64,000 bases of DNA from Amoebidium appalachense (lineage: Eukaryota; Protista; Ichthyosporea): the NCBI GenBank assembly GCA_963693365.1, contig CAVNZM010000001.1, forward strand, positions 13,874,418 through 13,938,417. The letters run 5' to 3'. The notes beneath the pieces were generated by a model that searched no databases, had not been told where the DNA came from, and was given only the letters and a program-made list of their open reading frames with translations. Position numbers and translations under genes: made by a program. Position 1 is the stretch's first letter. Every line of letters begins with the position of its first letter. Of the stretch, positions 62,881 through 64,000 are shown piece after piece.

Positions 62881-63649
62881 ATGTGTGCGCGCTCGTTTGT
62901 GTGTGCATGTGCGCATGTGTGCATGTGGGTGGGTGGGTGTTTGGGTGGGGTGTTTGGTGGGAGGGCCGCCCGGGGTGTGTAGACATGTACATGGAGGTGT
63001 GGCACACAGGTGCTTGTGTTTTGCAGTGAACAGATGCACCTGTACATGTGCACATACGTTTACGACTCGGCAACGTGCAACTCAACAGCATACGTAAGTT
63101 TACCCAAAAACAAACCATGCTCCATGCACATGCTGAGAACGCGATTCACACTTGAACATGTACAAGAAGTTTGAAAGTGATAAACCACAAGGAAATTCCA
63201 GCTCGGGGGTAGGACTCCTTTTTATACAGTTACTGCATCTGCCTAAGCTAGGCTAAGAACATCATGCAGCTGTTGGTCAAGAACTTGAACATGTTTGAAA
63301 TCGTCCAAAACAAGTTCTGCTGCACCATCACATCAGCGGTTCGCGAACACCTTTGAAATTAATTACTAATGCAATGCAGGTATTCTTGCAATTGCAGGCA
63401 CTGTACCACTTGCTAGTAGGCAAAAGCCAGATGCTAAAGTAAGTGGCCAAACCGGCCCTAGCGAAACCCTCCCCCAACTAGTAGCTACCAATGGTGCACC
63501 TCCCTTCCTCCCTTTTCCCCCCCAACCACCCCCTCCCCCCGAGTCCTCCCGCCCCCCCCTCCCACACACGCACAGACTTTCAAGACACGCACACGCACAA
63601 CACGCGCACAACAACGCACAACACGCACACGCACACGCACACGCACACA

Positions 63650-63692
<43 letters not shown>

Positions 63693-63817
63693 ATACCATA
63701 CACACACACGCGCGCGCGCGCACACACACACGCGCGCGCGCGCGCACGCACACACACGTTTCTCACACACGTGCACAGGCACACACACACACACACACAC
63801 ACATTTCTCACATACGT

Positions 63818-63872
<55 letters not shown>

Positions 63873-64000
63873 CACACACGCGTGTTTGTCAAGAGTCACA
63901 CACCAAAAAAACAACCGAATGGCGTTCCAATCACAAACTGAGCAATAATTGGTGTAATATCATGCAGGCTCACGACGTTTTAATACCTCCTACACTCTAA

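Noticed and set aside
63027-63500. Possible exons near the right edge
   Set aside because: Short, strand ambiguous, no recognisable protein motif.

Overview
Intron-rich eukaryotic DNA full of (CA)n/(GT)n, (GA)n and poly(C)/poly(G) tracts. A unicellular holozoan or other non-animal opisthokont is inferred from gene content only. Most ORFs in the supplied track are microsatellite artefacts. Manual splicing gives: the 3' part of a GT4 glycosyltransferase (PelF/Gtb3-like, +), a DAO-family FAD oxidoreductase (-), an atypical C2H2 zinc-finger gene (+), a 17-exon Smaug/SAMD4 homologue (+), two broken Cys-rich repeat genes, an OTU-CXC-Myb-like gene of probable transposon origin (-) and a 15-exon beta-TrCP-like F-box/WD40 gene (+). 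The main observation is a family of 5'-truncated retroelements inserted in poly(C) tracts: five near-identical copies plus several divergent relatives. The longest copy retains an ORF end resembling the RT C-terminus of Penelope-like elements (PLEs). Its 3' region encodes a covarying structured RNA containing all three hammerhead core strands (NUH, GAAA, CUGANGA) in an order that no circular permutation of a canonical hammerhead produces, plus a conserved kink-turn. All protein and RNA assignments are by eye from motifs; no searches or folding programs were run.
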